64,000 bases of DNA, taken from assembly GCF_028641065.1 (NCBI RefSeq), contig NC_073402.1:22444001-22508000 (forward strand), read 5' to 3'. This document shows, one piece after another, positions 37,505 through 49,058 of this stretch. Numbering within the stretch: position 1 is the first letter of the stretch; the number at the start of each line of letters is the position of its first letter. The DNA is from Leucoraja erinacea. Its lineage: Eukaryota. The notes beneath the pieces were generated by a model. That model ran no database searches, had not been told where the DNA came from, and saw only the letters and a list, made by a program, of their open reading frames with translations. The position numbers and the translations under genes are program-made.

Positions 37505-38582
37505 GTAAATGTATTAATTTCTTTTTAAGGAGATGGAAAGTCAAGGGATTCCACTAAGCATGAAAATTAATCACTTAATTTTTTTAATTACTTTTTTTTG
37601 TGCATTTATTTTCTATTTCAGCCCTCTGCTTGAGAAGCTAGAGTTGCTGAGGCATAGCTCCTCTGTTCATTTGGATTGCAGCAATGAATCCACTAAAGAA
37701 TAGCTGTGGCAGAATCTCTCCCTGTAAGTGTAGTCGTTGCATGTGATAGGCATCACTGCTGTCATGTGTTGTTGGTGTAGACTCACTGCATACATAATTG
37801 AGAATAAATACTACTCATGTGACCTATGGTGGTATAATAGGTTCTCTACTGAACTGATCTCCAAGAGACTAAAAACAAACGCTGAAAGACCTCAGCCAGC
37901 CCAGCAGCATCTTTGGAGAGTGAAAATAGTTAATCTTTCAGTTAGGAGAACCTTCATCCGAGCTGAGAAAGTGAACGCGAGTTACTCTGAGTAACAGGAA
38001 GTGCGGGAGGGTAATAGGTAGAACAAAGGGCAGGTCAGTAATGGGATGAAATTGTGATAATGTCTAATTGAATGGCCATTTGAGCTTCTTTGAGTAATAT
38101 GTTGCCAATGTTGGGAAGTCAGGGTATGTTGTATTGACTGCCCCATGGCACAAGTAGAATTGGTCAAAGAAAGTAAGGTATCTGAAGTCGGAGAATTCAG
38201 TATTGAGACCTGTGTGAAAACTGAGGTGTGGCCCCACGAGCCAACATTGGGCCTCTTTGTAACCGTGTGGAAGGCCACGGACAGTGAGATCAGAAACTTA
38301 GGATCTGGACTCAGAACTTCAACGTCTTTCCATGGATCCTGTCTGCCCTTCCCAAGGATTTCAGATTTCCAGCATCCACACAATTTAGCGTCAGTTCTTA
38401 ACAGTTTTCTCTGGGTGTGGGAAATCTAGTTGTTTTTTGCAGGTCATAGTCATATTCAATCCTGCATTTCATAGAGAGGATTGTTCACTGGTATATGACA
38501 ATGCATTGAGCTAGTTGATCTGGATTTCAATGATTGGTTTCTCAGTGTATTATCCCACGTTAAAAGTACCTGAATAATTAGT

Positions 38583-38748
38583 GGAAACAAGGAACTGCAG
38601 ATGGTGGTCGACAAAAAAAGACACAAAGTGCATTTTGGGTCAGGACCAGTCTTCGTACTGAAGAAGGGTCTCGACCTAGAACGTCACCTATCCATGTTCT
38701 CCAGAGACACCGCCAGACCCGCTGAATTACTCCAGCACTTTGTGTCTT
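38583..38748. mobile_element. Foldback Penelope pLTR-derived mini-element
   Basis: 16-bp TSD tacctgaataattagt at 38567-38582 and 38749-38764. Confidence 0.75.
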
Positions 38749-38764
38749 TACCTGAATAATTAGT

Positions 38765-40320
38765 CAGAAAATCCTTCATAGGAGTGAACCCTTGAAAAGC
38801 GCCTGGACCTGAAGGTATACCCGGTCGTGTTCTAAAAACCTGTGTGGACAAACTGGCTGGAGTTTTTACGGACATTTTCAACCTCTCACTTCTGAGGTCT
38901 GAGGTTCCCACCTGCTTTAAAAGGGCATCAATTATACCGGTGCCCAAGAAGAGCAAGGTGACGTGCCTCAATGACTCGACCAGTGGCACTAACGTCTATG
39001 GTGATGACGTGCTTTGAGAGGTTGATCATGGCTCAAATCAACTCCTACCTCGACAAAAACCTGGACCCTCTGCAGTTCGCTTACCGCCACAACTGATCAA
39101 TGGTGGATGCGATCTCCACTCTGCTCTGGACCATTTCGACAACAAAAACTCATATGTCAGGCTGTTATTCATTGATTACAGCTCGGCATTTAATATAATC
39201 ATCCCCTCCAAGCTGGTTATCAAACTCGCAGAACTGGGTCCCTGCGCATCCCTCTGCAATTGGACCCTCGACTTCCTCATTCACAAACCACAGTCAGTTC
39301 GTATTGGTGGAAATGTGTGAGCCTCAATAATAATCACCACGGGAGCACCTCTAGGCTGCGTGCTCAGCCCCCTGCTGTACTCGCTCTATAATCATGACTG
39401 CGTAGCCGGTCATAGTGCGAACTCCATCATCAAGTTCGCTGACGATACCACTGTTGTGGGACGTATCACTGATGGGGATGAGTCAGAGTACAGAAGTGAG
39501 ATCGACCAACTGACCAAATGGTGCCAGCACAATAACCTGGCCCTCAACACCAGCAAAACCAAGGAACTGATTGTGGACTTTGGAAGGGGGAGGATGGGGA
39601 CCCACAGTCCCGTTTATATCAACTGGTGGAAAGGGTCAAGAGCTTCAAATTCCTGGGCGTGCAAATCTCTGAAGATCTTTCCTGGTCCGAGAACATTGAT
39701 GCAATCATAAAGAAAGCACATCAGCGCCTCTACTTCCTGAGAAGATTACGGAGAGTCGGTATGTCAAGGAGGATTCTCTCTAACTTCTACAGGTGCACAG
39801 TGGAGAGCATGCTGACTGGTTGCATCGTGGCTTGGTTCGGAAACTTGAGCGCCCTGGAGCGGAAAAGACTACAAAAAGTGGTAAACACTGCCCAGTCCAT
39901 CATCGGCTCTGACCTCCCATCCATCGATGGGATCTATCACAGTCGCTGCCTCAAAAAGGCTGGCAGCATCATCAAGGACCCACACCATCCGGGCCATACA
40001 CTCATCTCCCCAGTACCTTCAGGTAGAAGGTACAGGAGCCTGAAGACTGCAACGACCAGGATCAGGAGCAGCTGGTTCCCCACAGCCATCAGGCTATTAA
40101 ACTCGGCTCGGACAAAACTCTGAACATTAATAGCCAATAATCTGTTTATTTGCACTTTATCAGTTTAATTATTCATGTGTGTATATATTTATGCAATGGT
40201 ATATGGACACACTGATCTGTTCAGTATTCGTGCCTACTATGTTCTGGTGTGCTAAAGCAAAGCAAGAATTTCATTGTCCTCTCAGGGACACATGGCAATA
40301 AAACTCTCTTGAACTCTTGA
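38765..40320 (+). mobile_element. Rex1/Babar LINE, 5'-truncated, with frameshifted reverse transcriptase
   Basis: LSPLLYSLY..DC, IIKFADDTTVVG, FKFLGVQI, KKAHQRLYFLRRL; aataaa followed by a cttgaa tail. Confidence 0.88.
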
Positions 40321-40361
40321 GTTGTTTTACAGGGAAGAAACATTTTATTTCTATTCTGCAG

Positions 40362-40478
40362 GTTGGTCCAATGCCTAAGCACGTGGCCTTCATCATGGAT
40401 GGGAATAGACGATTTGCCCAGAAGTGTCGAATGGAGAGAGCAGAGGGCCACTCCCAGGGTTTTGAGAAACTGGCTGAG
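40362..40478 (+). CDS. DHDDS: DHDDS coding exon 2
   Basis: [18 protein letters not shown], cis-prenyltransferase region I. Confidence 0.95.
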
Positions 40479-40967
40479 GTAACAGGCTGCACCAGCTTCA
40501 TGTGTCAAATGCTTATTTGTGGCATTAGTGCATAAGGACACCTGTTCTTTATAATCTGGTGGTGTGGAAGTATCTAGGGAGCTTCTGATTTATTTTATTT
40601 TTTTTTTCCTGTTTTTTTAGTTATTTTATTGGAACAGCAAGCATCTTTTGGAATATTGTCTGCCCTCTTGAAAATCTGTTTTTAATATATAGTTTATTTT
40701 TGAAAAGATAAATTTGGGTTCAGCAAACAAAATATCAGGACCTCAATGTTCCAGGAGAAGCATATTAACTTCCTTCCTGATAAATATCAGACTTTTGGAT
40801 TGATTATTTGGATGTGACAGATTGAAATGATACTCCAAATCATGTTATTTAGAGATCTAATAAAATCTTGAGTTAGAAGTGTAGAAAAACTGGGAGGTTT
40901 TGACAGGATTTGAGTGCTGTGCACTGCTATTGCACTGAACTGATACCAAGTTGTTGTTCTACTGTAG

Positions 40968-41110
40968 ACCCTTCGGTGGTGTTTGAATCTGAATATACGA
41001 GAGGTGACCGTTTACGCTTTCAGTATTGAGAATTTCAAACGCTCCAAAGAGGAAGTGGATGGGTTGATGGAACTTGCACGGCAGAAGTTCACAAGGCTCC
41101 TTGAAGAACA
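40968..41110 (+). CDS. DHDDS: DHDDS coding exon 3
   Basis: [34 protein letters not shown]. Confidence 0.95.
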
Positions 41111-41975
41111 GTAAGTTTTCAGGAAATTACACCACATTGTATAACTATGCACAATTGCCGACGAGTTAGCACGCAACAAAAGCTTTTCACTGGATCTTGG
41201 TACCTGTGACAATAAACTAAATTGAACTAAATAACAGGTTGCACTCCATGCCATAGCCAGAACATTATTTTACTACTACTTTTAATACAGCTAGTATTTT
41301 GGCAAAGGTCCTGTTCCTGCACCTTAGCAACAATTCCTGTCATTATAGACAATAGGTAAGAAGGAGTAGGCCATTCGGCCCTTCGATTCTGCACCGCCAT
41401 TCAATATGATCATGGCTGATCATCCACAATCGGTACCCCGTTGCTGCCTTCTCGCCATATCCCCTAACTCCGCTATCTTTAGATTGGAGACCATACGCTC
41501 TGTCCAATTCTTCTTCAATGGTTAACCCTGATCCCTTACTCAGGAGTGGCAAGGCAAAGAGCAGCAGTGATCCTGTTGTCTCTGTATATAACTCGTGGTC
41601 ATGAGGGAAAACTCCAGCTCTTAATCTTATCTTATTGCTGAGTTAGAGTTCATGCATCTCATCCATATAGATCCACTTCTGGACATTCTCCTTGAGTCTG
41701 CTCATATCCATGTGTGCTTTAACGCCACTAAAAGTACCAGTGACTGAGGAGATTATCCCTTCTAACACCTAAAGAATAGAACTCTGCTAAATTTTCCTTT
41801 TAAATTTTAATTAATTAAAAGATACTTTATTTTTAGTACATAGAAGCTGGAATGGAAAATCACAATAGAATCTGCATTATTCCATATCGGTTGCTGCTTC
41901 TCCTAGATAAGAAGTGTAAATGTTCCTGTAGTATATATTAATAATAAATGAACGGCTTTAATTTTTGTTCACAAG

Positions 41976-42092
41976 GGCGAATTTGAAGAAGCACAGTGTT
42001 CGTATCAGAGTCCTAGGAAACCTGAGCTTGTTGCCGGGTGATATTCAGGAGCTGATTGCACAGGCAATGCTAGCAACACAGAGTTATAACAA
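41976..42092 (+). CDS. DHDDS: DHDDS coding exon 4
   Basis: [36 protein letters not shown]; phase 2 at both ends. Confidence 0.92.
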
Positions 42093-42297
42093 GTAAGGAT
42101 TTCTACTCTGTATACTTGTGCATATAACAAGTTAAATCCTTGTTACATCAGACCATGCGGGGGGGAGGGGAATGGTGTCCATTCCCGATTGTCCACCATA
42201 ACCAAGTAATCCAAGGGGTGACTTTGTAAGGTCTGCAAAGATCCTCAAAACCGGCACTCGAGGCAGAAACGGGAGAGAAAGTTGTGTTATCGGATTA

Positions 42298-42592
42298 AGC
42301 TTAGTTTAGAGACACAGTATGGTAACAGGCCCTTTGGTCCATTGAGTCCTTGCCAATTATCGATCACCCGTTCACACTACTGTAGTTCTGTTACCCCACT
42401 TTTGCATGCACTCCTGACACACTAGATAAATAGTCTCCGGACACAGAGTCTAATTACCAAAATGACTCGAGCATCTTTGGGACGTGGGAGGAAACCGCAG
42501 CAGCACACAGACGGCACCTGAGGTCAGGATCACATCCGGGTCTCTGGCGCTGGGATGCATCAGCTCTACCCACTGCTCTGCTGTGTCGCCCC
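42298..42592 (-). mobile_element. tRNA-derived SINE (HE1-like)
   Basis: Reverse homologue of the 48420 copy with a ctaaa tail. Confidence 0.7.
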
Positions 42593-43025
42593 ACAGATAG
42601 ACAAATCTTCTAACTTGTTAAACCCCAGACCCCAGAATTAATGGCGTTTCCCTGTCACTTCCTTCTCCAGGGGAGACATTCTGCTGGCAGAGGTTTATCA
42701 GACATACAGTAAATCTCCATTTTATGAAGCCATAATATAACTATTTTCAATCCTGAAGTTTCCTGACCTGCCCAATACGAATGGATACCTCAGTTACAAC
42801 AGATTTTAAACAGATAGCACAATCCTAAGAAGTTTCCTGACGTTGTGTCCTGCCTTCACCCATATGCCTGTAATGGAATGTACCTCAGTTACAACAGATT
42901 TTAATTGCTATAAGCAAAATCCGTTATAATTAGGTCTGTAAAAGCAAAGGTTTATTGTATGACTGTCTTCCAAGCACTCTAGCAGGAATGGATGTAGTTC
43001 CATTAATGGTTTGGCTTTATTTCAG

Positions 43026-43127
43026 ATGTTTCCTGAACGTGTGCTTTGCCTACACCTCTCGGCATGAGATCACCAGTGCTGTCAGTGAAATGGCACTGGG
43101 AGTTGAGGACGGGTTACTAAGACCCAG
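43026..43127 (+). CDS. DHDDS: DHDDS coding exon 5
   Basis: [19 protein letters not shown]. Confidence 0.93.
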
Positions 43128-43553
43128 GTAATATTCCTTCACCAGGTGCACACGGAAACAGAGAGGGGTTAAGTCTCCCCCACTCTGTGGTAGACAGGGT
43201 CAGTAGTTGAGCTAAGGAAGATTGGAACTAAACATTGTGGAACCTGGGGAGTTGGTGGATAGTAACTCCCCAGGTGTGAGGATGGGATTAAACAGTGGGG
43301 ATATTGGTGGGAGCGGAGACTGGACAATATTAAGTATAGAGGAGGTGAGGGAAGAGTGCCATGTAGTGGTGGGGGAGGTGTTGATTAGAAAGTGCTGGTT
43401 GTGGTGTCTGGCAGAGGGAGGGATAGTTTGGGAGATGAAGAGGACAATTCATTTTGACTGGTGGTTGTGTTAATGATGGTGCACTTCAAGGATGTTGCAC
43501 CAGTGTTTCCTGCACTATTTCAGGGGAATAATCTCTGATATTTTGTGTCCCAG

Positions 43554-43668
43554 TGACCTTTCTGAGACTTTGCTGGGCAAGTGCCTGTACTCGAGCAATT
43601 CCCCAGACCCAGATCTACTAATTCGGACATCTGGAGAGGTTCGTCTCAGTGACTTTCTGTTGTGGCAG
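43554..43668 (+). CDS. DHDDS: DHDDS coding exon 6
   Basis: [20 protein letters not shown], cis-prenyltransferase region V. Confidence 0.95.
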
Positions 43669-44637
43669 GTAAGGATATTACATGGGAACATCGTTTTATT
43701 CATTTGTTTACAAATTCTCATCATCAGTTGACCCATTCTGCTAATTTTTGATGAACATGCATTCTGCGTTTGGGAATCGTGCATTTTGAGCCTCTATCAA
43801 AGATTTTAATAACTAAACGCACAAGGCAATCTGTAAGGGATCATAAGGATTGAAAATTCTCATATTCTAGATGTCTGTGAAACATGCAAAAATTAATCCG
43901 TTTTAGGCAAAACTCTAATCACCAAAACAGAAAGCATCGCACAATCCTTTTTTTTTTACTGTGTTGGAGAATGCATTAAACACCATCTCTTTAAATTTTA
44001 TTCGTAACATTTAAGACTTTTTGTTATTTTAAACATAGTGATGGAACTGGTTTGATTGTGAATACTGAAACAAGACAGGTGAACACATAAAATCAATTAA
44101 CCCCTCAAATAGAAACAGAAAATGCTGAAATACTCAGCAGTTTAGGCAGCATCTGAGGGAAGAGAAATGGAGTAAACATCTGGTGTAGGAGATTCTTCAT
44201 CTGACAATATAGCCTGACCTGCTGAGTATTTCCAATATTTTCTGTTTTAGCTTTTAATTTCCAGCATCTGCAGGGTTTTGATTTTCAATTAATCCCTTAA
44301 ATTTATCAGTGAAATTATTACTGTTATGACCTAACTACATATCCCTTAATATCTTTGGCTGATAAAAATGTATCATTCTGAATTTTTTAATTAAGTGATG
44401 AACCAGCCTTGAATGCCACTTCCAAAAGAAAATTCCATAGTTTTACCACACTTTGGAATTACAGGCTGAAACTTTATTTTCTTCTTTTGTTGCACCCTTG
44501 GGACCTGACAATGGAAATTGTGTTACCAAACCAGCATCTTCCTCGGAACAGAACTGTTTTTAAGTATTAACACTGCCCCGGGGCTACGCTGAGATTGCAA
44601 GAACTACCTGTAACCCAACATTTCTGTAAATTGGCTG

Positions 44638-45107
44638 AAATCAATCAATCAACCTTTATTGTCATCTTGCAAAGCAACAATTGTACAGTGCAAAATGAGA
44701 AGACGCTTCCCAGGAAATACCGGAGCATCGCACATAAAACTTAAACATATCACACATAATAACAGTAAAACAATCCAGTCCCTGATGGAACAGTATAAAT
44801 AGTTAAAAGCAGGTAAAACAGCAACATTAAAATACAGTAAAAACAGTCATTAAAATGTCCAGGGCAGCTGATTTGAGTGGCCAGTGCAAGAGTTATTAAA
44901 TTGTCCGTGCAAAGCAGCAAAATCAGGTGGAGTGACTGTTTAGCAGCCTCACAGCCTGTGGCAGGAAGCTGTTTAGCAGTCTGATAGTCCGGGCTTTGAT
45001 GCTACGGTATCTCTTGCCTGATGGCAGGAGATCCAGGTGTGTGTGGAGGGGGTGCAGTTTGTCTTTGGCTATTCTCAGAGCTTTTTTCAGACAGCGGCTC
45101 TGGAATC
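44638..45107 (-). mobile_element. Rex/Babar-type LINE 3' fragment
   Basis: (attg)n tail and aataaa on the minus strand; LLPSGKRYRSIKARTIRLLNSFLPQAVRLLN remnant. Confidence 0.7.
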
Positions 45108-46778
45108 ATCTGAGATTGCAAACGTTGCACAGATTAGTATAGATCTGCTAATTTTAGATCTTGGTTAGATCTTAGTTGGTTCTAGGTTGGATCTTGGTTA
45201 GTATTAGTTATTCAGCACAGATCTGTACTACAGATTCAAAACAAGGGAGCTGCCAGACCACAAAATGGCGGACCAGAGTTTTAACTTGTATTTTTTTTCC
45301 TAAGATTACACCTAATGGATCTGGCTCTAAATTTTAACACGTCTCCCAGTCACAGATTCTCCAACCAAACTTTTATTATCAGGAATTTGGATAAACTCTT
45401 CACTATTCTGTCACGTAAGTCATTAATAATTTGGTGAATAGGTGCAACAACAATATAAATGCCACTGGTCACTTTAGTCAAATGGAGTAAACTCCTATCA
45501 TCCCAATTGTTCCTTTTGCTGTTGAACCTATTTATGACAAATGCAAATAGCTGGAAATTTGAAATAAAATCAGAAAATGCACAAAATACACTGCAGGTCA
45601 GGCAGCATCTGTGGATGGAAAAACAGCTGATGCTTTAGGTTAAATACCTTTCATTAGAATTAATCGTTTTCCTAACAACAACAGGTCCTCCTCAGTTTAC
45701 GAATGCCCGAGTTATGTACAGCTGTACATACTATCCAGTGTTTGGGAGACCTGCGGGATGGCTTTGTTACTGCTGGTGGACTGCAGATATCCTCTGCTTG
45801 TGGGAAATTGGTTGGCGGCCACATTTACGAGTTGCGAATTGTTCAAATTATGAACAATTCTTAGGAATCGAACACTAACACAACCTGGGAAGGGCCATAG
45901 TACGACAATTTGCCATCATTTCTATAAGTGTCATCTTTGGTTATTAATCTCTTGTGGTTTAGGTTTATTATTGTCACATGTAACAGTGAAAAGCATTGTT
46001 TTTGTACGGTATCCAGTCAAATTGGATAACGCTGTACATAAATACAATCAAGCCAAACTCAAGTACAATAGTTATTTACAGGTGCAGAGAGATTTAAAAG
46101 AGTAAGGTGATTGTCTTGGATGATAGTAGATCCTCCTCTGGGATCAGCATGTAAAGAGTCTCCATGCTCCAGTGATATAATGGACTAACAAAAACCTCTG
46201 TTTGCTCTTATGAATAATATGTATGGTCTCATCCTTATTTGATGCTACTCAAATCAATTCAAGTTGGATTCCCTTTTATGTTTGCTGCCAATTTTTTTTT
46301 TCCTCTCGTGTTACCCTTTGTCTTTTTTTTTTTCCCCTCTGCCCTACACTTCCTGCAATTGCCCTGGTTCCCTAGAATATATCATATGCCTTAATTTTTT
46401 TTTTCTCCTATCCTTTTTAGTCCTCCAAAGAATCTGGCTTTAATTTTCCTTCCTTCACCTTACCCAACCTCCTCATGGGAATGGCCCAACACTGCAACTA
46501 AAGCATCTCCACTGTACAGACCGCCTATTGTTTCATTACTGATTGTTTACCTGCGAAGATTCAAGTCCAATTTACTCGAGGTCCACATTGATTCGTTGAA
46601 AAAGCAATCGGGTTATTCCATTCACTAGATTTCTCCTTCAGCTTACTCCAACTCCTGCGAAGGGCAACGCCAAATTTTTATCCACCATCCTTTCGGGCAG
46701 TGCACTCCATTTTTGCTTTTCAATGTTTTATTCATTATTTCCGATCATTAATTGAATAATGATTGTTTGCCGTTACAG

Positions 46779-46886
46779 ACCTCTCATTCATGCTTGGTGT
46801 TCCAGCCTGTGTTATGGCCAGAGTATTCTTTCTGGAATCTGTGTCAGGCCATATTACAGTATCAGGTCAACTATCCCGCCCTTCAG
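46779..46886 (+). CDS. DHDDS: DHDDS coding exon 7
   Basis: [29 protein letters not shown]. Confidence 0.93.
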
Positions 46887-47539
46887 GTGAGTGCTCTTCC
46901 CTTGTAACATTCGTTGTGAATGAAAGGAGGGCATTGAAGTGTAGTGGATACGGAAAGAGGAACAAGAAAGTGAGGTTTCTTTGTTACCTTGGTCCTGCAA
47001 GATGCACTGAAACCAAACAAACTAAGCTTCCTCAGTTGAGCAATCAATCTGCACATGTAGCCACAAGAAACTGCGGATGCATGAAGCTTGAGCAAAAACA
47101 TGGAGTGCTGGAGGAACTCAGTGGGTCTGGCAGTATCTGGGAGGGAATTTACTGGCAACATGTCGGGTCTGAAGAAGGATCCTGATCCAAAACGTCGCCT
47201 GTTTATTCCCTCCCCAGGTGCTGTTTGACACGCTAAGTTCCTCCAGCACTTTGTTGAAAATTCATATATCTGCAGTTCCTTGTGTCTCCAAACCAATAGT
47301 ACACAGTTCAAATCGTTCCATCCCGGAGTTTACATTAATGCTCTTCATTTGGATGAATTATATGTGAAGGTTTCAACAGCCTTATTGAATTTGTTTAAAA
47401 GTCGCTAAGGTCCCATGTCGTCAGCAGGACCTTAATGATTTTTTTAAACAAATTCAGCTCTAGAAACCATCGCTGGCAATTCAACTATCAGATGAGGATT
47501 AATGGCGTCTCTCTTGCCCAATTTAAGATGTGTACAGTT

Positions 47540-47982
47540 AGAGGTTGGGCGATCGTTTCGCCGAACACCTCCGCTCGGTCCGCAATAACCAAGCTGACCT
47601 CCCGGTGGCTCAGCACTTCAACTCCCCCTCCCACTCCGTCTCCGACCTCTATGTCCTGGGTCTCCTCCATGGCCACAGCGAGCAGCACCGGAAATTGGAG
47701 GAACAGCACCTCATATTCCGTTTGGGGAGTCTGCATCCTGGGGGCATGAACATCGAATTCTCCCAATTTTGTTAGTCCTTGCTGTCTCCTCCCCTTCCTC
47801 AGTCCCCCTGCTGTCTCCTCCCATCCCCCAGCCTTCGGGCTCCTCCTCCTTTTTCCTTTCTTGTCCCCGCCCACCCCCGCCCCCGATCAGTCTGAAGAAG
47901 GGTTTCGGCCCGAAACGTTGCCTATTTCCTTCGCTCCATAGATGCTGCCACCCGCTGAGTTTCTCCAGCTTTTTTGTGTACC
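47540..47982 (+). mobile_element. Penelope-like element 3' fragment: GIY-YIG endonuclease C-terminus plus pseudo-LTR
   Basis: RFAEHLRSV…PVAQHFN…RKLEEQHLIFRLGSLHPGGMN; 17-bp TSD ttaagatgtg(t/c)acagtt at 47523-47539 and 47983-47999. Confidence 0.85.
47892..47923 (+). ncRNA. Minimal hammerhead-ribozyme-like motif in the Penelope pLTR
   Basis: CTGAAGA-A-GGGTT(TC)GGCCC-GAAA-CG-TT; stem I pairs poorly in this copy. Confidence 0.5.
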
Positions 47983-48419
47983 TTAAGATGTGCACAGTTG
48001 GTTTGTAGACACAAGGAACTGCAGATGAACAGGTGAAGTTTTGGGTCAGGACCCATCTTCAATGAATGAATGATACTTAATGAATGAACAAGACTAAGGG
48101 TCCCAACCCAAAACTTCACGGGTCTCTCAGGGTCTCGTGGCTGACTCTCAGTCTGAAGAAAGGTTTCGACTCCAAACGGCGCCCATTCCTTCTCTCCAGA
48201 GATGCTGCCTGTCCCGCTGAGTTACACCAACATTTTGTGTCTATCTTCACCTGCTCATTCCCTTCACGGATGCTGCTTGACCAGCTGAGTACTTCCAGCA
48301 ATTTGTAGAATTAGTCTGTAATGTATGACGTCTAGTTTTTGTAGGGATTACAGTTGTTATTTAGACATAACTGCCTACCATATGGATACTGTAGGTTGGT
48401 CTTTTAGTAACATTCACAT

Positions 48420-48725
48420 GGGCGGCATGGTGGCACAATGGTAAAGTTGATGCCTGACAGGGCTTGCAGCGCTAGAGACCCTGGTTTGATCCAAACTATG
48501 GGTGCTGTCTGTACAGTGTTTGTATATTCTCCCCGATTCCACATGGGTTTTCTCCAAGATCTTCAGTTTCCTCCCACACTCCAGGTGTACGGGTTTGTAA
48601 GTTAATTGGCTTGGTTTCAATGTAAATTGTCCCTAGTGTGTTTAGGTTAATGTGTAGGGATCGTTGGTCAGCTTGGACACGGTGGGCCGAAGGACCTGTT
48701 TCTGCTCTGCATCTCTAAACTAAAC
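48420..48725 (+). mobile_element. tRNA-derived SINE (HE1-like), near full length
   Basis: A box TGGCACAATGG, B box GGTTTGATCC and ctaaactaaac tail. Confidence 0.8.
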
Positions 48726-48806
48726 ACAGAATCATTCAACAATAAATGTATAGACATCTGCCAAATTTAAGTTTTGCATGTGATATAAATTAACTTTCTT
48801 TTTCAG

Positions 48807-49058
48807 AAAGCAAAAATGTTGCAGGAGGCAGCATATCAGCAGCAGCAGTTGGACATAGACCATACCTGTGTACTGGAGCAGACACAGCCTGGCAAGGCAG
48901 GGGAGATGGGAGGCACAGACTGCAAACAGGAACAAATCCTAAAGTATACCAGGGAACGGGAGGAAAGAGTCTCCAACTTTCTACTGGAGCTAGAGAACAA
49001 AAGGAAAACATTTCTCACAGACCTTGTTAAGGGCTCCACACCATTTCTACGTGTTTAG
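48807..49058 (+). CDS. DHDDS: DHDDS coding exon 8 (last)
   Basis: KAKMLQE…REERVSNFLLELENKR…TAG. Total CDS 1017 nt = 338 aa. Confidence 0.88.
   Translation, partial: KAKMLQEAAYQQQQLDIDHTCVLEQTQPGKAGEMGGTDCKQEQILKYTREREERVSNFLLELENKRKTFLTDLVKGSTPFLRV

Noticed and set aside
39360-40123. Reverse transcriptase as a possible retron or novel RT system
   Set aside because: Standard frameshifted Rex1/Babar LINE in an intron of a vertebrate gene.
42755-42960. Short local duplication (gaagtttcctgac…tacctcagttacaacagattttaa)
   Set aside because: Looks like degenerate subterminal repeats of an old DNA transposon, with nothing to suggest function.
48420-48500. tRNA-like A and B boxes
   Set aside because: This is a SINE head with no intact cloverleaf, followed by SINE body and tail.
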